Shown here: in pieces, positions 50,356-62,986 of the stretch
How positions within the stretch are numbered: position 1 is the first letter of the stretch
Layout: each line of letters begins with the position of its first letter
Source of the DNA: the human T2T-CHM13v2.0 reference genome, Homo sapiens
Strand: one strand, 5' to 3'
DNA: 64,000 nt
Assembly (NCBI RefSeq): GCF_009914755.1
Contig: NC_060930.1
Made by a program: the position numbers and the translations under genes
Notes under the pieces: model-generated
Told to the model about the DNA's origin: nothing
What the model saw: the letters and a program-made list of their open reading frames with translations, nothing else
Databases searched by the model: none

Positions 50356-53321
50356 CAGTTTTTGCTGCTATTTCAGTTGAGGGAAACAAAATGGGTGCAC
50401 TAAATAATGAAATGCAAATGCTATGAGATAACAGTTTGAAGACTGACTCAACATTAGCTTAGAATGGAAAAGTGATTTCGGTTTTTTGGAGTTTTTTTGT
50501 TGTTGTTTGTTTGTTTTTTGGCTTGTCAGTGGTTTGAGTAAAATGAGTGGTAAAGGGATATAGATTACAGAAGAAACTGCAAGCTATATCATATAATTGG
50601 TCTTTCTCACTAGCTGATGGAAGAAACAGGAAATTTTTTGTCGAGCTTTCTGCTCTCAAGGTTACCCAATTGTAATTATGAGGTGAGTGGGTGAAGTCAT
50701 TTATTCTTTTATCCTACATGTATTTCTCGAGCACGTATCTTGTTAAGAGACTGTTCGGGGTACAGCCATTCAACAGTGAAAAAACGCATATATTCTTCAC
50801 CTTTGCGAAGCTAGTTTCTAGTTGATAGGGGTGAAGAGAAACAGATCAGAAGCAAACAAGAAAAATACATAAGATGTTATGTGACAACGTCTACTGGGAA
50901 GGAACCCACAGGCAGTAAGGGACTTGGGAGTGTGGAGATGGCCCATTCAGAAGCTTTTAGGAGCGGAATCTGAGAAGTTGTCACCTTGAAGACATCCTTT
51001 ACCCACCCTCCACCCCCTCCCCACTCCCCACTCCTGCTCCTTCCTTCAATCATCTTTCTTCACGTAGGAAATGAGGACTGTGGGATTCTCTGGCTGGATC
51101 CCAGCACCTAGAGAGGGATCTGATCAATAAGAACTGCTCAGTAAGCATTACCTATTGCTTTGGTTGCCTTCCCCTTGCAGAGTGCTGGCCTCTTGGATTG
51201 AGCTTGCATCATAGGTGTTCAGTAGGAGCTTGCTTAGTGGATTTACAGGTTGAGGTTAGAACCCACCGGGATTCTCTTCCTGGAAAGAACAGGCTTCCCT
51301 CTAAGGTTTCACATAGACCCCGAGTGAGGAAAGAGCCCTAAATTGCTTGAAAAATTGATTGCTCTTTGGGCAAAACAAGAAACCCTCCTATGGAAGGGCA
51401 TCATTTGGGCATATATCGGGGTCTCAGTACAAAGATGAGTGCTCAAGAGGTCAAGATGCTTAAGCAGAGAATTTCACCAGAATGTTCGTGGTACAGAGAA
51501 ACAGTCTTGTTGGGAGAAGGATGACAATTGAGGCCTTGGAATATAAGCTAAATAAGCTTCAAAGGGGATACAAAAAAGAATCAGGCACAAATCCTTTACT
51601 ACATTATTTTGTACAGCTCAATTTTTGCCTAGAAAATCATACCTTACTTTGCATCCCTATTGTGTTCCTCCACCATCTATTTTGTTTTTTTAAGCGTTAT
51701 TTCATTTTTATGTTCACAGAAGCTTGTTGCTACAACTAAATGAGCAAAACAGCCAGTAGCAACAGAAATGCGTTACTATCTCTCCTCAGACCTTGAAAGC
51801 ATTTTCCTTAAAGGTGAACAATATTCCACATACAAGGAGGTTTTCAGCACTATGTGCTAGAAATTATACTGAATGTTTCTTAATTTTTACGTAAGTCGGT
51901 CAATATAGTTTTTCAGCTTCCCCAAGTATTATTACCCCAGTGTTATAAATGACACTGAAGTAAAGGGCATATCACTCTCTTTATTCTGTGTAGGTGTGTC
52001 TGCTTACAGCTAAGGATTTCCTAAATTATAGTTTTGTAAACATTAGTTCTAAATCATTGTGATCACTTGAATTTTGAAAATGTCAAAACCAATCACATTA
52101 ATGTAATAGAAAATAGAGGTTTGAGGTGCATTGGCTCGCTGTTTTATTTACTATGGATCAGTGGAGTAGAAATTCCCATCGCGGAAGAGGGTTCATTCCT
52201 GTCTCTCAGCCTCAGCAAAGTTAAACATTTCAGACCTTGCCTGACTTTGGATCTATTGCGCATGCTCTGTCCTTTACCACTATCCAGTCCTGGGGGGCAT
52301 ATAGAGCCACTCAGAGCCTTAGAGGTACGTTCAGTGAAATGGAGCCAATCACCATATAGTGTAGCCTATTGTTCGTCTGACCAAAATGCACTATGTTGCG
52401 ATAGCATGGATTCTACAGACCCGTGAAGCCCATTTGGACCACAAGACACTCTTTCCATCATGCCTGCACACCTATCCTTCACTCTTCATTGGCTCATGCA
52501 GACTTTTGAAAGTATTTAGCAATAAGCATCCTACCCCCAAGAAGCTTATGGTCTCATGGAGAAGATGGCCAAGCAACAGACAATCCCAACATGGTGAATG
52601 CCGCTAAAACAAATGCGTACCTGGATCTCCGTGAGTGCTAGGAGGAAAGCAACCCAAACTCAGAAAAGTAGGAGAGGTGTCAGGGAAGACATTTTCCAGA
52701 AGATGGTTTCGTGTCTAACAAAGCCGTGAGACGAGCAAAGAGGAGGTGAAAGGCTCAGCGTTCTATGGGGACATTTCCTTAAGTCCAGTATCTCTAGAGT
52801 TGAGTGAGGGAAGCTAAAAGAGAGGAAATAGAAATGAAAAATGGGAGTTCTTGAGAGGCTTTACTTACCCTGCACAAGCCAAGGACAGGTCTGCGGGAAG
52901 TAAGCAGATGCACAGTTAGGAAAGCCCATATCAGGAGTTAGTCACGACAGAGAAAGATTTGTACACTTTGGAAATCGTAAAAGAATGAAAAGCCCAGGTC
53001 CTTATTTCCGTGTTTTCGTCTCGTTTTTCACGTTCCTCCCGGATTTCAATTTCTTTCTGGAATCTTAGCTCTCTTCGTCATCTGCTCTTGCAGGAACACT
53101 GAACTGCAAACGCAACCCTACGATTCAGCGAACTACGTCCTATCAAGGTTACTGGGTACAAATACATTTACTTTCGTGAGTTCTCTTGTGACTTTCTGTA
53201 TCACTGCCCACAGTTGCTACTGTGAGACAAGCATTAGAAGTCTGTGTAGATTGCTGGGTTCACACACATTTACATTCTTTTTCTCTTGTGAGCTTTGACG
53301 TGGCTACACATAATTGTTACT

Positions 53322-53385
53322 GTGAAATAAACATTAGAAAAGCCTGTGGCCCGTGAAATAAACATTAGAAAAGCCTGTGGCCCGT
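53322..53385. repeat. Perfect 31-bp tandem duplication overlapping the tRNA-Ile 3' end
   Basis: GTGAAATAAACATTAGAAAAGCCTGTGGCCC twice, plus GT. Confidence 0.95.
53369..53372 (-). terminator. Pol III T4 terminator of tRNA-Ile (duplicate at 53338-53341)
   Basis: TTTT on the minus strand after a 5-nt trailer following the discriminator base. Confidence 0.75.
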
Positions 53386-53451
53386 ACGGGGATCGAACCC
53401 GCGACCTTGGCGTTATTAGCACCACGCTCTGACCAACTGAGCTAACCGGCC
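53378..53451 (-). tRNA. TRI-AAT: tRNA-Ile(AAT)
   Basis: GGCCGGTTAGCTCAGTTGGTCAGAGCGTGGTGCTAATAACGCCAAGGTCGCGGGTTCGATCCCCGTACGGGCCA; canonical A and B boxes; CpG-rich flanks. Confidence 0.97.
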
Positions 53452-54844
53452 CCGCCGGCGGAACGGACCCTACCTCTCTTGAGAAGTTTAAAGGCGAACG
53501 TTATTCCAATCACCAAAGAAACTTTTCTGAAGTTCTTGGAGTTGGAAAGAACCTACGATCTTTGCTAACTTGGTTACGATCCTCGGCAAATTTCTTCTAA
53601 CCTGGAAATTTCAGTTAAAATACAATTCTGCGGAAGGAAAGTTCAAATGTCACCTGCTTCAGTGTTTCACGACAAAGGGTTTCAGTGACCACCCTTTTAA
53701 ACGCAACGCCATCACCGTCCGCCGGTACTGTGGCCTGTCCCTATCACTCCTTTCTACTTTGCTTCCGTAGCTTCTGAGCGACCCGTGAAGAAATTGACGG
53801 AAAACGGAAGGAATTGCCGCCAGTTCCTTTCCACGGGCCGTCAAGGCCAGTATAAGTCCCCACCCAGGCTCCTCTGCTCGTAACTTCTAGCACGATTCCC
53901 ACTGAATTCGCCCATGTTTCCCAGAAGTGAGTATTTGATCCCTACCCCACCCCATTTTTAGAAAACTCAGGAAAACGCTCTCGTATTTCTATCTGAAAAG
54001 GACACTTTAGAGAAATACGTTCCATTACAGTCTTTGTGTTCGCATTGTATTCCTTCTCGATGAAACAGGTATAAGTCCATTGGTATTTTACGCACGACAA
54101 GACAACTTTGCAGCCCGACTCATGACCTTTAGATTAAGAAACACTCTCCGGGAGCTCTGCTGATCGCTGGGTCTTACGAGGTTGATGCCTTCTGTCCCAA
54201 AGAGAACTATTTCCCTGCGTGTTTCCGCCTGGCTGCCCACTTCTCCAGTAGAGAAACAGCTGTTCCTCGGGATTCATTTTTGGAAGTTCTTTGGGTCCTG
54301 GGTAATGGGGCCGCATCCTGCAGCGTCGACAAGGTGGTTGAATACGCAGGAACACCCACAGTACCCAGGGACTAATAAATAGCTCAATAGATACATTTCG
54401 AATAACTGAATAAAGGAAATCTCAACCAACCCCCTTGCCGTATTACAGGTGGTCCAGCTCTCTGCCTAGACTATTGTGCTAATGTCCTGTTCCTTCTCCC
54501 GGCTTTTGAACTAGATTCTCACCTCTCTCCAATCCATCTTTCGCAGGGCTGGCCTGTCTTTCCGCCTCACTTCTGAAATTCTATCCATTGCAGCCTCTAT
54601 GCAAACCGACTCTGGTTAATACTTCAGTCGGTATGGCTCCCCTCTTCCGCACTTTGCACTGCGAGAAATGCCCTTCCTTGAGGCAGCTGGAGGCCTCCTC
54701 CTCCTGAGAGCTTAATTGTGGACACAGTCTTGACTAGAGGCGAAAAGGAAAGAAGGCTGGGAGATAATGGGGGAAAAGCACACCTTTGGTCTGGTTTGAA
54801 AGCTGGCGCCCGAAAAGGGGAGCGAAAGGACAAGAAAAAAAAAC

Positions 54845-54906
54845 ACGCTCCGAAAGTGTCTGAGATTGCTGCGGCCATAAAGCAGAGCACTAACCGCGGT
54901 ACTGAT
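54845..54906 (-). pseudogene. tRNA-His relic (anticodon ATG)
   Basis: Minus strand GTACCGCGGTTAGTGCTCTGCTTTATGGCCGCAGCAATCTC matches canonical His at 34/41 by hand alignment; T9 run downstream (54835-54843). Confidence 0.7.
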
Positions 54907-55120
54907 AAGGGAGGGGAGCAGGGCTCCGCCGCCGGGCCTGTGCCCATGGATCTAGGTGAGGACGGGCACTCCTTCCTCCGCGGCCAAATGTTGCATTTCC
55001 CAAGACCACCCTGGCCCGCCACGCCCCCATCCTGTGCCTATAAAAACTCCCGAGACCCTAGCGGGCACGGACACAAGCGGCTGGACGTGAAGAGGAACAC
55101 ACCGGCGGGAGAACACAGAA
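54903..55120 (+). mobile_element. ERV1 LTR fragment (MER52/LTR27/LTR28 group) with TATA box
   Basis: CCAAATGTTGCATTTCCCAAGACCACCCTGGCCCGCCACGCCCCCATCCTGTGCCTATAAAAA...GACCCTAGCGGGCA...CAAGCGGCTGGACGT. Family assigned from memory. Confidence 0.65.
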
Positions 55121-56065
55121 CACCCACCCTCTCTTTAGTCACCCTGGAGGCCTCGGAGAAGGCGGTTTCGGTGATCCGTGAAGAGACCCCGAGTCTGTTA
55201 CATCCCGGAGAATGACAAGAGAGCGAGTACCTGGGTGACGTTTACGTTCTGGGATTTCGGGAGATGCGGTTTTCTGCACGCCAGGGGCCAAGCCTGAGAC
55301 GTAGATGGACGGCAGGGATAGGAGCTCTCTCCGCGCCACAAACGCCCCTGCTCATACCTGGGTTCCTTGATTTTCCTGCCTATATAACCGAGCCTCCCAT
55401 GGCCGGGCTCTGAGCTCTCATTCTGCGGACTGGGACAAAGGGGTTAACTGTGATGAGCTTTGTATAACCCCAGGATTCTGCACTTGCCCAAGGGCGAGGC
55501 GCAAATCAAAAACTACGCACAACTGAACACCGAGATCAGGTGAGTCCTGAGTGTCTCACGACATAAAATCCTTACGATTTTAACAAGAGTTGTATTTGTG
55601 CTAGCACTGTTAACTGACAAACGCATGCCAGATCCCATCTGTCTTTAAAGCTCAATGTGTGACGTTAGACACGCCGTTTTGCTCTTCAACTTTCTTATTT
55701 GGAAAAAAAAAAAAAAAAAAAAAAAACAAGTGTTCTAGATTTGCAGAGGACCTTTTCGGAGCTAAGTTCCAGTAGCTATACTGTAAGTTGATTTCTTGGG
55801 CAGTTCTGTTGGTGAGGAAAGAGGGCAAATTGAGAAATGAACAAACACAGAAGTTGCAAAAGCCCTGTGACTTACAGCACAGGACGAGTCTACAAACCCT
55901 GCCATACCACACTAAGCTCAAATTGTTTTAACACCAGCTTACTCAGACCCGATGATCCAAGATAAGACCAAAGCCAAACGGATCCAGCAACTCTGCGCAG
56001 ATCTTCATGTTCCAGCAGCTAAGTTCCACTGAATAAACCTATGATTCGCCTAGTTTAGAAATTCT

Positions 56066-56527
<462 letters not shown>

Positions 56528-57199
56528 TCACCCTTGTTTTAGGCAGTACTGGGACTCCATAGAGGTACGGCTCTTTGCTCAGCAAGTTTAATAAATCCAA
56601 GGTAGTAGAATCAATTTGTTTTCTTGGTCGTCTTGTTTGGAGGGAGTGGGTCTTCTCAATGTTGGTTCTGATCCCTGCCTATGGATATTTATGAATAAAT
56701 AGATATTTGCACTCCATCATCATGTGGAGCTACAAGTGTTAAATTTAACGATCTAATTACCTCTAAAATAACCACTAAATTCAACAATCTGAAACTTATC
56801 TAATTAGTTCCACATCCTGGAATGAAGGGATTTAATAGGTAATAACAGGTCTCAGTCTCTAATGGAGACATAATCACACAGACACCAGATGAAAGATGAG
56901 TAAAGTGGAAAGCAATAGGTAGAACAATAATTTGCTTTATGCTATGATTTTTGGAGCGAAGCAAGAAAATTAATCAAGGAAACAAAGAAGAAATCCAAGA
57001 CTTAGTAGTGTTGGATTTGCATTTTTGTCATATGACACTACTTGTATTTTACAGGATTCACTTGGTCTCCATCTGACCTCCTCAGAGTAGACTGCTCTTT
57101 CCCAATCACTCCTGCAATTACCCTAGGAGATGTGTGATCCTAAAGTAAGGGGGAGTTTTAAATTTACTTCTAAGTACACCTGCATGATGCCATTAGTCA

Positions 57200-58265
57200 G
57201 GGCAGGGTAGCTGAACAAACTCAGCTCTGAATCCTTTAAGCAGAGGTAATAATTGCTGACACTATTTAATCGGATTCTGAACATGATGTGCCACTTTTCC
57301 TTTTGCGTCTGAAGTGACACCAGCCATTTTCACAGTTTCTTCCACTAGGAGGTCCTGGGAGAAAAGTGATAAAGGTAGATTCAAGAATGGTTAGTTTGAT
57401 AAGAGAAATATAAAGGCAAGTATCTTTTTCACTCAGTTCACCTTGGTTCTAAGAGTGGGTCTATATAAAGAAATGGAGCATGCTTCTGCTAATTAATGTT
57501 CAGGCAGAAAAAGTCATGAATTCCACTACAAACCCATGTCCCTTCTTCCGAAGACATGACAAATTGATGAGGGTATGCTTTCTTCTGTCGGTAAAACGAA
57601 GTCTGGGATATAGATTGCAATATTAGCAGTGCCATAGTGCAGAATTTCTCATAATTAACACTTTTCACTTGAATACATAAGAAAATAGAATTGGAATGTA
57701 AAGTTAATAAATTAATCATGTTATAAACAATATGAACATAAAAGCAAAAATTGCAAGGTCTTTGGCATGCAGTCTTTGATTTGGGGAATGCATTTTTTCT
57801 ATTGTTATCAGGAAGAAAGAACAGAAACAGTTCATATTCACATGGACTAGACAAAAGTATGCATTTATGTTCTTACTCCAGAGGTATACCAAGTCCCCCA
57901 ATTTTTCCTAATCTAGTCCAAAGAGAATTGAACTGTCTGCACCAACAGCAAAACATTGGTACACTGTATTGATAGTATCATTTAAATCTTCGATGAGCAA
58001 GAAGTGTCAAGTAAGTTGCAGATTTTGTTAAGCCCTGCATGCTCCAGAGGGTGGGAGAGAAACACAGAAACCATTCATCGACCTGGTTCGTGAATGAAAG
58101 TTTTTAGGATCTGTGAAATTCTGAGACATTTCCTCCAAAGTAAAGTCTCATTGTTGTATCTCGAAGCTCCCGTCACTTAGAAGGGAGCACTGTGCTCACC
58201 ATGTTTCTCTGAGCTGTGAAAGCGGCGCGTTCCACACTTGGAGACCCTTCTCTGACACATTTACC
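57200..58265 (+). mobile_element. ERVL (class III) internal pol relic
   Basis: Frameshifted peptides WHAVFDLGNAF, EQKQFIFTWTRQKYAFMFLLQRY and NLVQRELNCL resemble ERVL reverse transcriptase (WYAAIDLANAF...QKQFAFSW...YTFTVLPQGY...NLIRRDL). Confidence 0.75.
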
Positions 58266-59960
58266 AACAGATACTGAATTAAAATATTAACAAATTGAAT
58301 CCAGCATTATCTGTAAAGCATAATGCACCATGAGTTAGGGGAGATTGCCTCGGGAATAAAAAATTAGTTAGGCATTGAAAAGTCAATTAAATGTAATATA
58401 CCACATTAACAAAACAAAAAATACATGTAATCATCTCACTAGATGCAGAAGAAATATTGGACCAAATTTGCCATTCATTCGTGGTGTTTAAAAAATATCC
58501 CAGTAAGCTAAGAATAGAAGGAAAATTCCTCAGATGAATAATGGGCGTTTAAGAAAGTCCTACAACTAGCAATAGAGTTAATAGTGGAAGAATAAATATG
58601 TACCCTTTAATATTGGAGAAAAGTGCAAAATATCTGTCCTTACTACTTCTACATTTTACTGAAAGTCCTAGCTAGTGTCAGAAAGTAAGGAACGCATGAA
58701 TGAAGAATAAATGGCATACTCACTTTAGAATAAGAAAAATATATTCGTTTGCAAGCAACATGATCAGATACACAAAAAATCCTAATGCATCTACAAAAAT
58801 AAGCATTATAAGTAAATGCAGCTATGTCACAGATTACAATATACAAAAATTAATTGTATTTCTATGTACTAGCATCAAAAAAATGGAAAATTAAATTACC
58901 ACTTTCAATAGGTTTAAAACAAATGAAATATTTAGAGATAAACTTGTCAATGTGCACAAGACTTGTACCTAGAAATCTACTAAAGATTGCTGAGAAAAAC
59001 TCAGGAAAACCTGAATAATTGGTGGTGTTTGCCATATTTACAGATTGAGAAATTTAATATTATTTAGATAACTTTTTTTTTCTCTGAGTTGATCTATAGA
59101 TTTAGTACAATCCCAACAAATATCCCAGCAGGAGTTTTTGTTTTGTTTTGTTTGTTTGTTTTTACAGAAATTGACAAGCTTATTCTGAAGGACTTAGAGT
59201 AACCTAAATAATTAGGAAAAGAAAAACAAAGTTAGAGGACTTACACCAAGTAATTTCAAGACTTACTATAAAGCTAAGGTAATCAAAATAATGTGGTATT
59301 GTCTCAAGGATACTTACCCAGATTGACGGAATAGAACAGATAGTCCAGAAACAGACCAACGTATGTGGTCAACTGATTTATGACAGAGGTAAAATGTTAT
59401 TTAATGAGTTTTTTAAACAAATGGTCCCAGGCAACTGAGTATGGAAAAAATGATTCCCTACCCTTAACTCACATCCTATACAACAATTAAATCAAAATGG
59501 TTTATATACGTAAAGCTTCACGTTAAAGTTATCAAACTTGTAGAAGAAAAGAAGTCTGCACATATCTGATGTAGGCAAAGCTTTTTCAGAAGGAACCAGA
59601 AAAGCATGAGCCCTTACAAAAAAAGATACACTGGATTTCATAAAATATTAAAATGCTTTTTCTTTGAAAGACAATATTAAGAAAATGAAAAGGCAAGACA
59701 TAGACTTGAAAAGAAATGTAATATATGTTATATGCACACATAGTTGTTATACAACATATGTGTTATGGATACACATATAACAGAGGACTTTTATGGAGAA
59801 TATAGAACACATTTTAGAACTCAGTGATACAAACACTCAGTAAGGATAAGGGCAAAAAACTTGAGCAGGCATTTCACAAAATAAGATGCTTATATGGCCA
59901 ATAAGGCACACTAAAAGATGTTCAACAACATTAATCAGTACAAAAATGCAAATTAAATCT
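58265..59960 (+). mobile_element. Old L1M ORF2 fragment
   Basis: ATCATCTCACTAGATGCAGAA, GAAAGTCCTAGCTAGTG and AAGACTTACTATAAAGCTA are decayed ORF2 motifs. Confidence 0.8.
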
Positions 59961-60431
59961 ATCAAGGATTAATAGGTAACAACAGATCTCAACTCCCCTG
60001 AATGGAGAAACAATTAGTAACACAGATACTAGATAAGTTACTTGAAGGATCAATCGATAAAAAGATACTTGGGCTTATTTCCAGGTTTGTGTTCTTAAAA
60101 AGTGATGCATTCAACAGAGCATTTGAGGTAACTGCTAATTAGGGACGGTACTTCCTTCTCTTTCATCTAATGGGAGAGTGAAATCAGATTAGAACTAGTG
60201 CTTTCCTAATGAGATCTTTTCTCTCTTTCTCAGGATCCCGACTCAGATTGAAAAAGCAGAGGATGGTCACTGCCTTCCAGGTCTGAGGCTGTCTCCCAGA
60301 AACTTCATTCCTCGCTTCGCCTTGGTAGGGAAGTTCCCGGAGGTGTTTGAAAAGCTGGAAACTTAAGTGGGACATGGAACGATATTTGTGTCCCGGTTAT
60401 CAAAACAGGCAGAAAAGACAAATGCGGTGTG

Positions 60432-60504
60432 GGGGAATTGGCTCAAGCGGTAGAGCGCTTGCTTAGCATGCAAGAGGTAGCAGGATCGACGCCTGCACTC
60501 TCCA
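60432..60504 (+). tRNA. TRA-AGC: tRNA-Ala(AGC) variant (G9, A6:C67 mismatch)
   Basis: GGGGAATTGGCTCAAGCGGTAGAGCGCTTGCTTAGCATGCAAGAGGTAGCAGGATCGACGCCTGCACTCTCCA; TTTT at 60510-60513. Confidence 0.85.
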
Positions 60505-60909
60505 GCTTCTTTTAATCCCTAGGCTACCAATGGTATCTGGTAAATACTTTCAGCGGATTTACCGCTCTTTATTTGACTCAGTTTCATCTTGTTATGTACA
60601 TTTTTTTTTTTAAGGAAATTATACATAGCATTCCATGCAAAAGCAAAAAAGGAAGCGATTAGTCACAAGTGAGTTTTGCCAATACAGGTTTTGGGGCTTC
60701 AGCTCGAAGTTAATACAATGTATTTTTGTGGGGAAATCAAACTTTAGCCTTTTGGGTACAAAATATGAGGAACAGCCTGGAAATAGTGTCAGGAGGCAAA
60801 AGCAGGAGACTTGAATGTGCCAACCTTTTGCTTTTATTCACATTGACAACACATGGTCAGGTAGAGGATGAAAACGTGTCTTCTACCAGATTATCTGAGA
60901 GTTGGCCAG

Positions 60910-61007
60910 GCTCCCACCTTCACTTATACTCCTTCCTTACCTCTCTCCTGTGTAGGTAAGAGAGGTAAGGAGAGAGGTAAGGAAGGAGTATAAGTGAAGG
61001 TGGGAGC
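60910..61007. repeat. Perfect 40-bp inverted repeat with 18-nt spacer
   Basis: 60910-60949 GCTCCCACCTTCACTTATACTCCTTCCTTACCTCTCTCCT is the exact reverse complement of 60968-61007. Confidence 0.95.
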
Positions 61008-62913
61008 TAGCATATTAACTCTAGTGGTCGGATACACTCTCACTAAGAAAAGTGACATTTATTCCTTCTATTCATCTCTCTGAAAGCTCGTTCTGACAAA
61101 AATGTGCTCAAAATAAATGGGGACCTAGGTCTTCCTCTAATTTCCAAGATGAACCAAAACGTAAAAAAATGTATTTTTGAAATTGCAACACTATCCCCTA
61201 TTTAAAGAAACTACATGAGGCGCTGTATTAACAACACATATGTTGACTAGCTCAACTGGCCCAAGCAGAGCTCAGAATGCTGGAGAGAGTGGTCTTTGGA
61301 TAGATGACTCCAGGAAGCTCTTGTAGGTCCCTGGGACGTGCCCCTCTTTCCATCCTTCTTTCTTTCCCATCACTCAAATCTCTCTCTGACACCATTTGAC
61401 TTCTCAGCATTGCCCTTTGTTAATCGTAATAGAAAGACAATGTTATTGATTACATGTTTTTCTATTTTATCTTCTTATTCATAAATGATCTCAAAAATGA
61501 ATGTCATAAATAATAAACATGTTGTTGAATTTTTGTCCCATAGGAGCAGCCTCTTTCCTTCTCAGGATGTGCACTCCTAATAAACTGGGACCGTGAAGGA
61601 GGGACCTGAAGCTGCCCCAAACCACCTGCAGTTCCATGAAGGCCATGCCTCCACCCACTAATCACTCTGAAAGTAGTGCCCCTCCACTCTTCCCCAACCA
61701 CATTTCCTTTTCAGGCAAAAACATTTCTATGGGTTTGTTAGACCCTAGCTTCTAATCCTTTCTTCAGTCTTTACTGATCTGAAGCCACTCTCTCCTTTGA
61801 GGCTTCTAAATTATCTGTATAGCCTTTCTCCATTCAGCAAATTTTCATCAGGCAAAAATCCTACTTGACGCTAGTTATACTCAGAGTAAAATAACTATGT
61901 TCCTGTCTTAAATGAGAATTCTTCACAGGTGGAAAGCAGATTTGGAATCCACTACAACTCCAAGGCAGTGGAGCTAATGTAGCCTCCCCTGGGCTACAGG
62001 GGAAGCCTTCTTCTGTGGGCCCGGGAATTGAAGAACTAGACAGGCATAAGAAGGACAAGTGTGGTGCCCAATGGAGCAAGAGAAGGGGGGAGGAAGGTGA
62101 CAGGGAAGGGAAATGGCAGGAGAAGCACCTACACAGCAGACACGGTATAGCCTGCATCTGTTTTTCCTTTTGGCTGAGAGATCCCTGAGCTCTGTGGTGA
62201 CAATTTTCCATAATTTTTCATATAAAAAATGAAGATTATAAACTATTTCTAGGCATTTTACCTGCATTACTATTAATATGTGTACAGCATCTAAAATAGG
62301 GTCTAGACGGCAATTGCACAGTACTATTACTTGCTATTGTTGTGGCACTTTCTATGTGGATCACTGGCCTCATCCACTGTGCCTGGTGCTGAAGAAGTGC
62401 TTCAGGAATGAATCCACAGATTGAGATGAAAATTCTCAAGCTTTCTCTTTCTCAACTCCTCCAAGGTTCTCCATCACTTTCTGAGTCCTACAGGAGGAAA
62501 GTGCTATTGAAGATGCGGCGCGTATGGCGTGAAGTTCTGGGGCTGGGAGAAGCTGCCCCACTACTTCCGGGCGGCCTTGCCTGCAGGGAGCAGGTGAGGA
62601 TCACAGCTCTAGAGCGGGCTGGAATAGCTGTGCCCGCAAGCCAGGCAGTTCCGGGTGGTGCTTCTCCAACTGGAACGTGCTCTCTACTTCCGAGAGATGA
62701 AGAAGGCGAAATTGAGAAGTGAGGAGAGAGGTCTCCCTCATGACCTATTTTGGAAATCCGTATTCTTCACACTCTCAGGCTCGTAGAACTTTGCCCAAGG
62801 CAGTATCTGAGAAGCTCCGCCCTCAATCTTGTCCTGCCAGGGATTTGGCGGCCCAAAGTACCGGCAGGCTCCTGATAACCAGGAAAATGGGTGGGGGGTG
62901 GTGTATCCTCAGT

Positions 62914-62986
62914 GGGGAATTAGCTCAGGCGGTAGAGCGCTCGCTTAGCATGCGAGAGGTAGCGGGATCGACGCCCGCATTCTCCA
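62914..62986 (+). tRNA. TRA-AGC: tRNA-Ala(AGC), CpG-retaining form
   Basis: GGGGAATTAGCTCAGGCGGTAGAGCGCTCGCTTAGCATGCGAGAGGTAGCGGGATCGACGCCCGCATTCTCCA; stems pair. Confidence 0.96.

Noticed and set aside
54718-55215. 165-aa ORF
   Set aside because: GTG start; crosses a tRNA-His relic and an LTR fragment.
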